A stretch of 56,283 nt of DNA from Dimargaris cristalligena (Eukaryota), in contig ML002256.1 of NCBI GenBank assembly GCA_003614675.1, forward strand, positions 1 through 56,283. Direction: 5' to 3'. A program made the translations under genes and the position numbers. Below the pieces are notes generated by a model. That model was not told the origin of the DNA and made no database searches. It worked only from the letters and a program-made list of their open reading frames with translations. Positions 10,961 to 21,748 of the stretch are shown one piece after another. Position 1 is the stretch's first letter. Every line of letters starts with the position of its first letter.

Positions 10961-13900
10961 ATGGACTTAGCCACTCAAACCAACCCCTCCTCCTCTTCGG
11001 AGGAGGCCGCCGCCAGTCCGGCCCAGCGTCCAGTACCGGAAGGCGGCGGTAGTGGTGGTAATAGTGACCAGGCGACCACTACCACTCCTTCGGGTACCGA
11101 GAATGACTGGCTATCCGACGAATTACAGGCCTTGGGGGAGCTCAAGCGGGAAGCCATCAACTCCCGTTTTCCGGATGAGTGGCGGATGGCCGAACAGGCC
11201 TCCAATGTGTGGGTGCCCGCCCATTTACATCCCGAAATCGCCCCCAATGAATTCCAAACCTGGCTGGACCGCCACGGGGGCATTCTACACCGCTCCACAA
11301 AAAGTCTGCGGCGTCAGCGATCGGTCCTTTCCCAATACTCCGTGTCCAGCAACGATGACTTAGATGGTCCGGCCGAGGGCGGCTCGGCCGAGGCCATACT
11401 AGAGGCCGAAGGAGGGGGAAGTCGACGCAGCCGGACCAGTGAGGAAGAAGCCAGAGCAGATTCCTCCGGTGAAGGAGGAGTGGGAGCCTCCCGTAGCAAT
11501 AGCACGTTAAACCAATCCGTAACCGCCGTGACGCGGCAGCGGACATTGAAGAATGGTCTCCCCGGAAGTGGTGTTGGTGGTAGTGGGAGTGGTGGCGGTG
11601 ACGCGAATGCCCCCGTGGACCCTAATAGTCCCGTGGCGTCATTCGACGGCTCATTGTCCGGTCTGTCCGAATCGGCCGACGGGCCCTGGGTCATTCAAAC
11701 GATCCAACGGTCCGGGCTGAAACGTAATAAACGGTCCAATTTACGGCGGGACTCGGTGTTGTCCGAAAATAGTCGCCGGAGGCGGCAGATGCGAAAGGAT
11801 TCCATGAATGCCGGAACGGCGGACCCTAATTCCGCGTCCACCTCCACGGTGACTGCCGACAGTGGTAACGCCGGAACGGCAACGGGGTCTGCGGCCGGGT
11901 CTGGTGATACGCTGGCCCTGTCCGCGTCATCATCACCGACTTCTAGCCCCCCCATCAGCGCCAACTCTTCGATTGCCGGCATATTATCCGAAATCTCGGC
12001 ACGTATCGATGCTGACACGGCCAGTGGGCCCCATTCCCATTCCCATTTGCAGCATCAGCATCAACACCACGAAGTAACCGTTCCCCTCCAGGATATGAGT
12101 GAGCGTAATAGCCCCTTCACTGCGGTCACGGGAGTACCCGTACGCTCGGAGAATGCCGCCACATCTACTATCCCTGCTTCTTCATCATCCTCTTCTCCGT
12201 ATACTGCCTTTTCCACGCCCAGTCTCGATCTGAGTGCCCTGTCCCTGAACTCGTCCCCCTCCCAAGCCGCCAAATCGACGGATGGTTCCTCGCATACCAA
12301 CCATGCGCTTCCCCTGACGGACACCGCATCCTTTAGCTTTAATACCGACTTACCCGATTTAAGCTTAGACCTGAGCTCGACAGGGCGGACTAGACCTGCT
12401 CCGGGTCCGGCTTCCGCCCCCATCTACGGCAGTGGTAGTGGTACCTATTCCCCGATTCCACCCTCGGCCAAATGCCGGCCAGTGGAAAATATTCCCTCCG
12501 CTCCGACTAAGAAATCATCGGCTTGGTCGTGGCTATGGGGCTCGGACTCCCATGATGCTTCCAACAATCTCTCTCCGTCGGCGTCATCATCATCATCGTC
12601 AGCAGCAGCGGATAAAGCCCGAAGACGTGGCGATTCCGATCCCGCCCCTGGGCGGCAGAGTGGCAGTGATGAATACTCCGATTCGGCCACGGGCGGACCC
12701 TCTCCCCTCAACGGTAGTGGACGGACATCCCTTAGCACCAGTAATAACCACCACGAAGTGGTATCCAACCATCACCCCGGTCATACCCCCACCCCCCCTA
12801 ATACTCTCTCCAAACACAACCAGAAACCCAAGCGGTCCTCGCCTATATCGTTCCTCTTTACGAAAACGAAACAGAAGCTCGGTCAATTGGACTCGGCCTC
12901 CCCCCATCATCCGCACTCCCACGCTTCGGGCGACGGCAGACCCTTTTCGGAAACGGACGAACTTTCCGATGCGGATTCGTTAACGGAGGGCCATCCTGAT
13001 AGTTTAGTCCCCGCCCATGCGCACGCCAACGAACTCCATGCCGCCGGTGGCCATGGGGTCGGAGGAGGTGGTGACTCGAACCTGTTGTCGGGCTCCCTGG
13101 CTTCCCGATCGGGTCCACCCAATGTGGTGGACGATCTTTCCGCCCCTCGGCCCGCCATCCGGTACACAAACTATAACCGTTACCCAATACATATTGAACG
13201 GGCTATATACCGGCTATCACACATTAAATTGGCCAATCCCCGGCGGCCCCTACTCCACCAAGTACTCATTTCCAATATGATGTTCTGGTACCTGTCCATA
13301 ATTAATCCACGTACCAACAGTCCGCCCGATTACTATAACCCTAACCCGGAGAATGGTACCACCGACCCTCACTACGGCGGAGATGGTGGGGACTCCCAGC
13401 AGCACCACCACCACCACCAATATCACCAGCAGCAGTCCCACTATCAGACGGGTAATGGCGGTATGGTGGGTGGTTATCCGGGCGATAGTGACGGTTCTTC
13501 CGATGGCGGATACGATCCTCTAGACCCGTCCAACCATATTGGAGGCGGAGACCCTGGTGTAGGCCAACCGGTACAATACTACCAGTACACGGACTACCAA
13601 GATAATTCCACATCATCGTCTCCATCACAGTCGGGGCCGTCAGCAACCGCCAACAACCATAGTCCGGCGAACATGTTTTCACCCACGGCCTCCAATCCCC
13701 ATGGCGTACCCGTGTCCTTAACCCCCGGCGTAACCAGTTCGTTTAATAGTATGGACCCCTCCTCCGGTTCCGATCCCCACCATGGTCCACCACTATCATC
13801 GTCCAATAACGCTAAGAAGGGCGGTCACAAGAGTAAGAAATCGCGGGCTAAGGCTGGTCATGGACACCACCCCCCTGAAACCGGGCGACTGTCCGGTAAA

Positions 13901-14248
13901 TCTTCGGCTGACCGGGTGGCCGTACCTAGTCCCCAGTATTCGAAACAAAAACAACAAATTTACCAGCAAGCCGCGCATGATCGGGCATCGTTGGGCAAAC
14001 ATAGTGGTCAAAGTACAATGGGCGGTGGAGGTGGTGGGGGATATAATAGCCGGCCTCCCCCCTCTGTCCATTCGGCGACCGACCGGTATCACCCCCGCCC
14101 AAACGCCAAAGGGACTGCTAGTAGTGGCCCGGTCCGGCCCGGTGGGTCTAGCTCAGGAGAATATTATTATGGCGTCGAAAGTGAAGACGAAGATGATGAT
14201 GTCCCATTAGCCTTGTACACTACGGATATCCGAAAAACCGCGGCTTAA
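10961..14248 (+). CDS. ZDS1: Zds1-like protein (PP2A-Cdc55 regulator, Zds_C domain), 1095 aa, mostly low-complexity
   Basis: Conserved C-terminal block RYPIHIERAIYRLSHIKLANPRRPLLHQVLISNMMFWYL and N-terminal WVPAHLHPEIAPNEF motif, both typical of fungal Zds1 proteins; one long uninterrupted ORF. Confidence 0.88.
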   Translation: MDLATQTNPSSSSEEAAASPAQRPVPEGGGSGGNSDQATTTTPSGTENDWLSDELQALGELKREAINSRFPDEWRMAEQASNVWVPAHLHPEIAPNEFQTWLDRHGGILHRSTKSLRRQRSVLSQYSVSSNDDLDGPAEGGSAEAILEAEGGGSRRSRTSEEEARADSSGEGGVGASRSNSTLNQSVTAVTRQRTLKNGLPGSGVGGSGSGGGDANAPVDPNSPVASFDGSLSGLSESADGPWVIQTIQRSGLKRNKRSNLRRDSVLSENSRRRRQMRKDSMNAGTADPNSASTSTVTADSGNAGTATGSAAGSGDTLALSASSSPTSSPPISANSSIAGILSEISARIDADTASGPHSHSHLQHQHQHHEVTVPLQDMSERNSPFTAVTGVPVRSENAATSTIPASSSSSSPYTAFSTPSLDLSALSLNSSPSQAAKSTDGSSHTNHALPLTDTASFSFNTDLPDLSLDLSSTGRTRPAPGPASAPIYGSGSGTYSPIPPSAKCRPVENIPSAPTKKSSAWSWLWGSDSHDASNNLSPSASSSSSSAAADKARRRGDSDPAPGRQSGSDEYSDSATGGPSPLNGSGRTSLSTSNNHHEVVSNHHPGHTPTPPNTLSKHNQKPKRSSPISFLFTKTKQKLGQLDSASPHHPHSHASGDGRPFSETDELSDADSLTEGHPDSLVPAHAHANELHAAGGHGVGGGGDSNLLSGSLASRSGPPNVVDDLSAPRPAIRYTNYNRYPIHIERAIYRLSHIKLANPRRPLLHQVLISNMMFWYLSIINPRTNSPPDYYNPNPENGTTDPHYGGDGGDSQQHHHHHQYHQQQSHYQTGNGGMVGGYPGDSDGSSDGGYDPLDPSNHIGGGDPGVGQPVQYYQYTDYQDNSTSSSPSQSGPSATANNHSPANMFSPTASNPHGVPVSLTPGVTSSFNSMDPSSGSDPHHGPPLSSSNNAKKGGHKSKKSRAKAGHGHHPPETGRLSGKSSADRVAVPSPQYSKQKQQIYQQAAHDRASLGKHSGQSTMGGGGGGGYNSRPPPSVHSATDRYHPRPNAKGTASSGPVRPGGSSSGEYYYGVESEDEDDDVPLALYTTDIRKTAA

Positions 14249-17200
14249 TTGGGGGGACATTTGGTATTATTAATTAATTTTTTGGTTCCCCTTTTTCTTC
14301 GTTGACTCGCATATTATTAGTATGAATATTAGTAGTATCTTCATCATCTTCATTATTTTATTATTATTATGGTTATAAGGTTTAGGTCAATCCAACTATT
14401 TTTGTTCGTATTTCTTATCTTTTCGTCCCCCACCCGCCACCCTTACTTTCCGCCACTATCCTATATTATCACTCTTCCCTCCCACTTCGTCCCAATCCCA
14501 ACCCAACCCAACCCCACCTTACCTCTACCCCCTTCCCCCGAAGTATTTCACTTTCTACCCTCCTCCCCCTAGTTTACATTCCTGGACATATAAGTATAAT
14601 TATATTTCCCTGTATGTGGCGATCCATCAGCCCTTAACCCGTATCTGTTCACTGACGTACAGGTTTTTCTTTACTGATCTACTCTTCACCGCCTCTTTTC
14701 CATATCACACCACAGCACTCTATTAGCCCCCTATCTATCCCGAACCTGTGTCATTTATGATACACCATTTTTCTATAAATCCGACTCCTTTTCCCGCTCC
14801 CCCCCTCTCCCCTCCGTCTCTCTCTCCCAACCGTGCTTATTTATATAAATATATTATTTTTATTAAATTAATAGGAGTGTATTTGAAGGTTAAAGCATTT
14901 GGAATAGAATTAGTGGAATGAGCAATCGCACATCAGTGGTTTTACGGAGATGCCGCCCCCCACAGCAATGTTACCTTCTCTGGCATAATCTGCCTCATTT
15001 ATCCGGAGAAGTCGATTAGTCTGCTCCTTCGACCAAAGGGTGCTCTCCCCTACCTTGTTCTTAACTCAAAATGTAGTTTTTAGCTGGTGGAGGAAGTGCT
15101 ACCAGTAAAGTCGTTTTGGCTAATCAGGGGGATACATCAACTTTGTAGTATGGGGAGCGACTTTTTTATTTCTTACGGGGTATGCAATGTCTCCTCGTGT
15201 GGCCAGAGATTCCGGTGTGTGTGTGTGTGTGTAATGTACCGCCACGATCTGGGTGTCCGGGGGGATTTGGTAGGCCTCTTTCGGGTTGAGAAGAACCGGA
15301 TCTGGGCAGGGGGTGCTTGGGTCAATACACTGTTCCTTCGGGGATGTAGGCTGGGGAATGGGGGACGATATCGAAGTCAAAGTCGGTGATGGCGATCCTG
15401 TCTTTTTCGGAAAGATAAAACGGTGACGGAATGATCGGGGCAATACGTAATTTTAACGAGTATTCAATTATTTATAAAAGAGATCGAATAAACCAATAAA
15501 GTCCAACCAAATATAACGGACTCAAGAAACCCGACCTATTTGCGACGTCATCCCCATGGATTCCATTTCTTAAAATTAACAGCCTGACGCGAATACTTTA
15601 AAGAGGCATATTCAAAAATAGATGATATAATAATTCATTTAGAAATCTCCGGGAGTGAATAATCGTAACAGGCAACATGGCCATAAATGTACTCAAAATC
15701 ATACTCGAAGCTGTACTCGGAGGTATGCTCCCCAATTTAGGGAGGATAAATGGTAGGTTAAAATACACCGGACATCAGAGTCTGCCATAATATCACTGGA
15801 GGGGTCCATGTCATCACCGGCGAAGGCCTCTCTTCATTAGTGACCCCTACTTTGCGTACCGGTCTCGTTATCGGTGGTTTTTTCCCACCCGCGGTATCAA
15901 AGGTGCCGGAAGAGTAATTCGTAGGGGAGATGGTAACGCCTCTGTCGTAACAGCATACATATTTATAGAAATAATCGAGTGTGATATAATCAATGCAGAG
16001 AAGACTTCCCCCAATTCTTCCCTTTGCAGAAATACATGAGTGGACCATTGTATAATTTGCAAGGTAATTTAGGGTACTTCTACAATCAGCTACTAGAGAG
16101 GCAAACGCGCTATAGTTAACCTACGTTCACGTAGGGAAAAAATATATCAGTATCGATTTAACTGTCAACTGGCACTTCTGTCAAAGCTTGGCGATTTCCA
16201 ACAGATAATTTATAATTTATGTCCATCGCGGTGAAAAAAGGGCGTAGTAAAGGTAAGAACCATATTCATCGGGGTAAGAAGGGCAGAGTAGTGGGTATTA
16301 ACATATTGAATGCCAGGCAACAAAATGAAGGCGTTGCGATTGAATACTGATGGCCCGGTTGTGAGATGCAAATTGCCCGGAAACTTTAAACCGAATAACG
16401 GCATGTAAAGAATTGTAATATTTGAATGTTATTGGCACTTGCTGGCTGAGGGAATAATTGTTCTGGTGCCCCCCAATAGAGCTAGTAAAAGAATCACCAC
16501 CTCTGTCGAGCTGTTTCCCACTACATACCCCGCAACACTCAAATATAAAAAATAACCAACTACCTGAATTCCACAGCCTTCAAGTCTGATTGGGGGGTTA
16601 GTATAAAAACTAATAAGGCCTTCCAGCTGGTGGTGCGGCATATTAGCATTTTGGCTTTAATCGTGAAAGACATACGATTGAACTAACTATATATTCCGCT
16701 GTAAAGTGCATTGTTTCATACCTTGCGTTGTAAATAGGTAAGCCCTCTGGGCCCAAAACATATACGAACACCCCATAGGCGCCCAGTAAGAGCGTGTGTC
16801 GCACTCGCTAATATGGTTTTCCTACCAGAGTATATACCATCGCCACTGCCTTCCCAACAACGCTTCATTACAATCGGCCATTAATTAGTATGGCTGGGAG
16901 CCGCTTAACTCAGTTCCCTTCAATATAGAGTCGATAACCGTCCTAGCTTATAGGATTTTTGGCACTCTTCAAGTGGACGGTAAATTTGGAAGATATGAGA
17001 GAGATTCAATAAAATTGTCATAAGGTGGCCTAGGGATCAGGAGAAGGAAGGGGGACTTGGACCAGACGGGCCCATTGGAAATGCAGTTCTCGGCTTTAAT
17101 CATCATCAACTGAGCCATAAATCAACTGGGGGTACATTGCCAATAAGTCCCACGGGTTTAAATTATCAATGAATAATAAATGAGAAAGCTCACAAAGAAC

Positions 17201-18013
17201 GCAGGTGGCAATTTTCATTCAGTTTTCTTTCTTGAATCTCGATTTACCACTCATATTATACCCGACGGGGACAGGAGAGTACTTGTTGAGGAAGGGCGAG
17301 GCCCTGGTTGGGAGGTGCCCACTTTTTCAACTATATCTTCGGATTATTAGATTATCCATCGAACCTTTTTTTTTGTTGTCATCCTTCTCTTCCACTGACA
17401 TTCCATCACCTCTGCTCTTTGTTCTCTCACACTTGGGAAAATCCCGACGCAATCAAAAGCGATACCAATAGTGAGGCAGGGGGCATTGGAAACCGGAGGT
17501 ACTTTCCCTTCCTCACCCGTATCTGTAGCAAGGCATGCGGCAGTATTTACCTTCATTTCTACTACACATTATCTTGGTGGCCTTCCGCTCTATATATCCG
17601 TAGGCCTCCTGAAATTTTGAACGGCAACCTGCAGCTTTAGGTACTGGGGGATTGGACGGGTATGTAGGCACTCACAGGATCTTAGCGATTTTCGGCTATT
17701 AATAGCCCACTTAGACCAACATTTTCCTTCTTCACCCTTTTGCATAGAGATGAGAGCAATCTACACCAATGCCTTTATTGACGTAAATATGCTCTTTAAT
17801 ACACGGACAATCCCAGTAGAAGTCCCGGGAAATTGGGCTTGGATTCATGACACGGATATTAATCAAGGCGGTGTGAAATACAAGGGGTTATTAGCAGCAT
17901 ACTCCTAAACAAACTAAACGGAGGCTTTGGTTATAGTCATTTATCGGGCAACATGGACGTGTTTAGAGGAGGTATATTGGTAGCAGAGCACCACGGTGTT
18001 GACCACCTAATCC

Positions 18014-18020
18014 TATAAAA
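18014..18020 (+). promoter_or_regulatory. Probable TATA box of the small secreted protein gene at 18149
   Basis: TATAAAA 135 nt upstream of the ATG, followed by a pyrimidine-rich 5' leader. Confidence 0.5.
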
Positions 18021-18148
18021 ACCACCCCTACACCCCACCCTGGATCATTATTACTACTTTTTCAAATCCCGACTTCCCCCCCGTATTCCTCCCCGGATTA
18101 ATAATAACTTTACTCTCCCCTTCATCTTTTCAAACCTGTATCAGCAGC

Positions 18149-18451
18149 ATGTACTTGATTAGCACTGTCACCATTTCCGCGTTCCTCGCCTTAGTCGCAT
18201 CTCCTGTTTCCCTGTCCCTGCCCTTGGCTGACTATAGTGGTCAGTCTGGTTTTCCTGCATTGACCACCCTCCACCGTCGTCAGCCCGACCCAGCCTCCGC
18301 AATAGCACCTCCCAAGGGACCGACTTCTAAATGGGCAGGCGTGAATAGGTCCGTTGGAGGAGCTGGGTCTAAAAACCAATTCGCCCCGATGGTGAAGTCC
18401 ATCTCCGGTTCCCACAAGAGCACTCTTTCATCTCGTCCCCGTAATGGCTAG
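18149..18451 (+). CDS. Small secreted pre-pro-protein (100 aa) with Kex2-type LHRR site and cationic mature part
   Basis: True ATG, hydrophobic signal peptide (MYLISTVTISAFLALVASPVSLS), LHRR at aa 41-44, upstream TATA, AT-rich sequence after the stop. Confidence 0.7.
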   Translation: MYLISTVTISAFLALVASPVSLSLPLADYSGQSGFPALTTLHRRQPDPASAIAPPKGPTSKWAGVNRSVGGAGSKNQFAPMVKSISGSHKSTLSSRPRNG

Positions 18452-18957
18452 GTCAATAAGGTATAGCCTGAAACTCAGTTAGCTAAACATTAGCAGTCCT
18501 CCTATTGTCAAGTTCGCTTTTATTTTTTATTTATTTTTTATTCAAGGCTTCGATATTATCAATTTACAGGGATTCTATCCCACTATAGCCCAATCCATGG
18601 AAAATATCCCCAGGAGTTTGTTATTTTAGTTCATTAGGCAGTATTGTTGCCCTACTAGTATATCCTATCTGACAGTTGATTTACAGTTATATATTGTCTA
18701 TTCTATTATCAACTGGTCCTTTTTAGTCTACTCTCAATTATTAAGCTTTTATGTACAACATTTATGGGGGGTCACTATTCAATTATGCTGTTTTATGTTG
18801 AACCATATCTGCCCCTGAGTGTTATTTACTGCATTAGGCATTTGGAATAGTCTTATTAGTTAAAAATATATCTAATAAATTTTACTGCAGATGGCTTAAC
18901 CATTTCCTTATGGTTATTTATATCTTCTAAAGTATATAATATATACCTTGCTCATCT

Positions 18958-19765
18958 TGTTAGAAATCACATGATCTATCGCAATTCTCATTCAGCTCTT
19001 GTGAGCACTATTTTATTCACTTTATAATGGCTGTGTCCCCTTCATTCTTATGTGTGCATCCTCTATTCAATAAAACAATTTGACTGGAGTTGTTGTTTTC
19101 TCTTTGCAGCTTTCTTCTTTATTCATTACTATCTTTACTAGTGATTATATACTTATATAATAAAGCTTGCAGTTTGTCACCCAAATTAACCACTCTTAGT
19201 CCACCAAGAGTCTCGGGGATAGGCTTCTAATAGTAGGTGGGGTGTTAGGCACAGCCAAGCAGGCTACTAGCATTAAGTAGGGCTGATACTAACTGAATAC
19301 AGTAAGTGTCACTATGTATGTGGGGGATGTGCACTGATGCACACTTACTAGTCAGTATGGGGGGTGAGTGTATATAGGGTTTATTGAGATAAACTAAGGG
19401 GTCAGAATAAGCTAAGGTATTAACCGGTCCCCATGGGGGGCCCAGTTATATATATGCAAGGGACTACTCCCAGGGAGGTCCCAAGGGGAACTACATAACT
19501 AAGATAATGATAGGGAGGGCCAGGTGGTCCTTGTACAAGCAGAGGCTTCCATGGGAACTGGAAGACACTAAGATCACCTAGGAGTGAGTAGTGCAAACCC
19601 TGGGGGGGGTCTGGCCAGTAAGATGATATATATGATGTCCAGCCCCATTAGGACCAGGGGTACAATATGGTGCTATATGGCCTGCTATGACAGCAATCAT
19701 TAGCAGATGGATTAGGTCAGATTAGGAGGGGTGACACAGTTATAATTCATTCAAATATTCTAACA
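18958..19765. mobile_element. Short solo LTR (family S, ~241 bp net), interrupted by a nested long solo LTR
   Basis: Ends TGTTAGAA (18958) ... TTCTAACA (19765) form a perfect 8-bp inverted repeat; 5-bp TSD CATCT at 18953-18957 and 19766-19770. Confidence 0.85.
19175..19736 (-). mobile_element. Solo LTR (family L, 562 bp) nested in the short LTR
   Basis: Ends TGTCAC...GTGACA; 5-bp TSD CAGTT at 19170-19174 and 19737-19741; homologous to five other copies or fragments in the window; TATA-like then AATAAA signals read on the minus strand. Confidence 0.9.
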
Positions 19766-19795
19766 CATCTATCTTATAAAAATATCATTAAGAGA

Positions 19796-20382
19796 TGTCA
19801 CTTGGGTTAACCATTCTTAGTCTGTTAAGAGTCCTGAGGATAGGCTTCTAATGGTAGGCAGGGCTTAGACTTGGCCAAGCAGGCTGCTAGTGTTAGGATA
19901 GGCATAGTACTAACTAATGAAGGATAAGTGTAGGTGTATGTAAGGGACATACAGTGGGCATACTTACTAGTCAGTATAAGGGGGTAAGTGTATATAGTGT
20001 TTATTAGAGTAAACTATAGGGGTAAGAATAAGCTAAGGAAACTAACTGGGCCCAGTGGGGCCTAGTTATATATATGCAGGGATAACTCTAGTAGGAGGTC
20101 CTGAGGGAGATACTACTAAGACTAGGTATGGGTAAATAAGGAGTCTGGCTAGCCAGCTCCATATCCTGAAGACTCTCATGGGAACTGGAAGAGTTATTTG
20201 GATCAGCTGGTGGAGTGTTTTGTGTGATGCCTTGGGGGGGACCAGTTGAAGAAGGGTTACATAATAGGTAGTAGTCCTATAGTACCAGGGGTGACTATGT
20301 GAAGGTTAATATGGTACTATAAGGTAAGACAGGAATGAACAATTATTAAGTCTGGATTTAGGTGGGATTAGGAGGGCTGACA
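19796..20382 (-). mobile_element. Solo LTR (family L, 587 bp)
   Basis: Ends TGTCA...TGACA and colinear with 19175-19736 (shared ctcttagtc, gataggcttctaa, cttactagtcagtat, agaataagctaagg). No matching TSD (AGAGA vs AAAGT). Confidence 0.85.
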
Positions 20383-20414
20383 AAAGTATTACCTATCCTT
20401 TATAATGACTAATA

Positions 20415-20628
20415 TGTTAGAAAACCATCTCATCCCAAGTGTGGAATATTCTTCCCAATATGGTACATGCTTATTGGCCTCCTATTGGTCAGATTTTCTC
20501 TAATAAAACTATCGTGGAGAGCTTAATCATCTCCTTGTGGTTCTTTCCTACTTTTATCTAATTTTGACTTAAGCTTTATTATCAATCTTGGATTATCATC
20601 TATGAGAGAACTTGCAGTTATTCTAACA
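20415..20628. mobile_element. Short solo LTR (family S, 214 bp)
   Basis: Ends TGTTAGAA...TTCTAACA; 5-bp TSD TAATA at 20410-20414 and 20629-20633; shares subterminal cttgcagtta with the 18958 element. Confidence 0.85.
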
Positions 20629-20637
20629 TAATATTAT

Positions 20638-20865
20638 TGTCTGGGAACTCCCTTCCCTTTCCCTCTGCTTAGTCATCCAATATTCTGGGACCTTCTCTCC
20701 CTTTTTCTATTATCCATCTATCTTTTCATCTAGGCTTCCCCTTTCAAGTATAAATATCCCCCCTTACTACTACCTCTTGGAATAGTAAGTCTATTATTAC
20801 CTTTCCTTTCTTATTATCCAATTTTCCAAATAAAGTTCAGTTTTCAAGGATTTGATTTCAGTTCT
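20638..20865 (+). mobile_element. Possible truncated LTR of a third family
   Basis: Starts with TGTC, contains TATAAATA then AATAAA, is CpG-free and is wedged between other LTRs; no right terminus seen. Confidence 0.4.
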
Positions 20866-20867
20866 TT

Positions 20868-21289
20868 ATACTTACTAGTTAGTATAAGGGGGAGTGAGTA
20901 TATATAGAGTTTATTGGGATAAATTGAGGGGTAAGAATAAGCTAAGGAATTGAACTGGTCCCAATGGGGCCTAGTTATATATATATGGGGGATGACTCTA
21001 GAGGGAGGTCCCTAAAGCAAGACACTACTAAGACTAAGGTATAGGTAAATAGATTAAATAAATATGTGGTAGTATCTGGAAGACTCTGATGGTAACTGGA
21101 AGAGTCTAATAGATTAGCACTTAAGTGATTAGTACAAACAGGTAGAGTCTAGGTGGGGGAAAGGTTATATAGTAGGGGATAATCCTTTAGTACTGGGGGT
21201 AACTATGGGAAAGCTAATATGGCACTATAATGCCTAATATAGCTGGATATCTAAGCTGGCTGGATTAAGGCAGACTATATGGTGCAACA
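20868..21289 (-). mobile_element. Truncated family L LTR
   Basis: Aligns with the family L copies from atacttactagt to a terminal GCAACA at 21289. Confidence 0.8.
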
Positions 21290-21290
21290 A

Positions 21291-21495
21291 AACCTTTTAT
21301 ATATATAACTCCTATTATTAACTAGTAAGTATATATTACTATCAATGCCCTTATATTTATACTATTCCTTCAATTAGTTAGCCTCTCTTATACCCTACCA
21401 CTTATATGTGGACAGACCCTACATCCCCTTCTATTAGCACCAAAAGCCTATTCCTGGGGCTCTTAATAGACTAAGAGTAGTTAGCATAGCCAACA
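21291..21495 (+). mobile_element. Family L LTR fragment in opposite orientation
   Basis: Reverse complement of the family L terminal part (agcctattcctggggctcttaatagactaagagtagttag...CAACA at 21495). Confidence 0.75.
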
Positions 21496-21748
21496 AGGAG
21501 AGGAATAATTTAGTTATTAATAGTCTCCAGTACTCCTTAACTTATTTTACAGCTTGCTGATTTAAATTGGGTTTTATTGTAAATTTCGAAGACAAGATGT
21601 CTGGAAGGCATTCCTGAGTAAACTGGGTAAAATAAGCTGGTATCTGCTAATATATATATGCTATAGGACTAAAAATTACTAATAGAGAGGGTAACGGAAA
21701 ACAGGTTTAAAATGATAAAGAGCTAGAGCCAGCCGTAGATGAGGAGAC

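Noticed and set aside
10975-14210. Many overlapping 60-180 aa ORFs within ZDS1
   Set aside because: Alternative-frame by-products of a GC-rich low-complexity CDS.
19175-21495. Repeats considered as a CRISPR array or satellite
   Set aside because: Units are 200-590 bp with TG...CA ends and 5-bp TSDs, i.e. solo LTRs in a eukaryotic genome.
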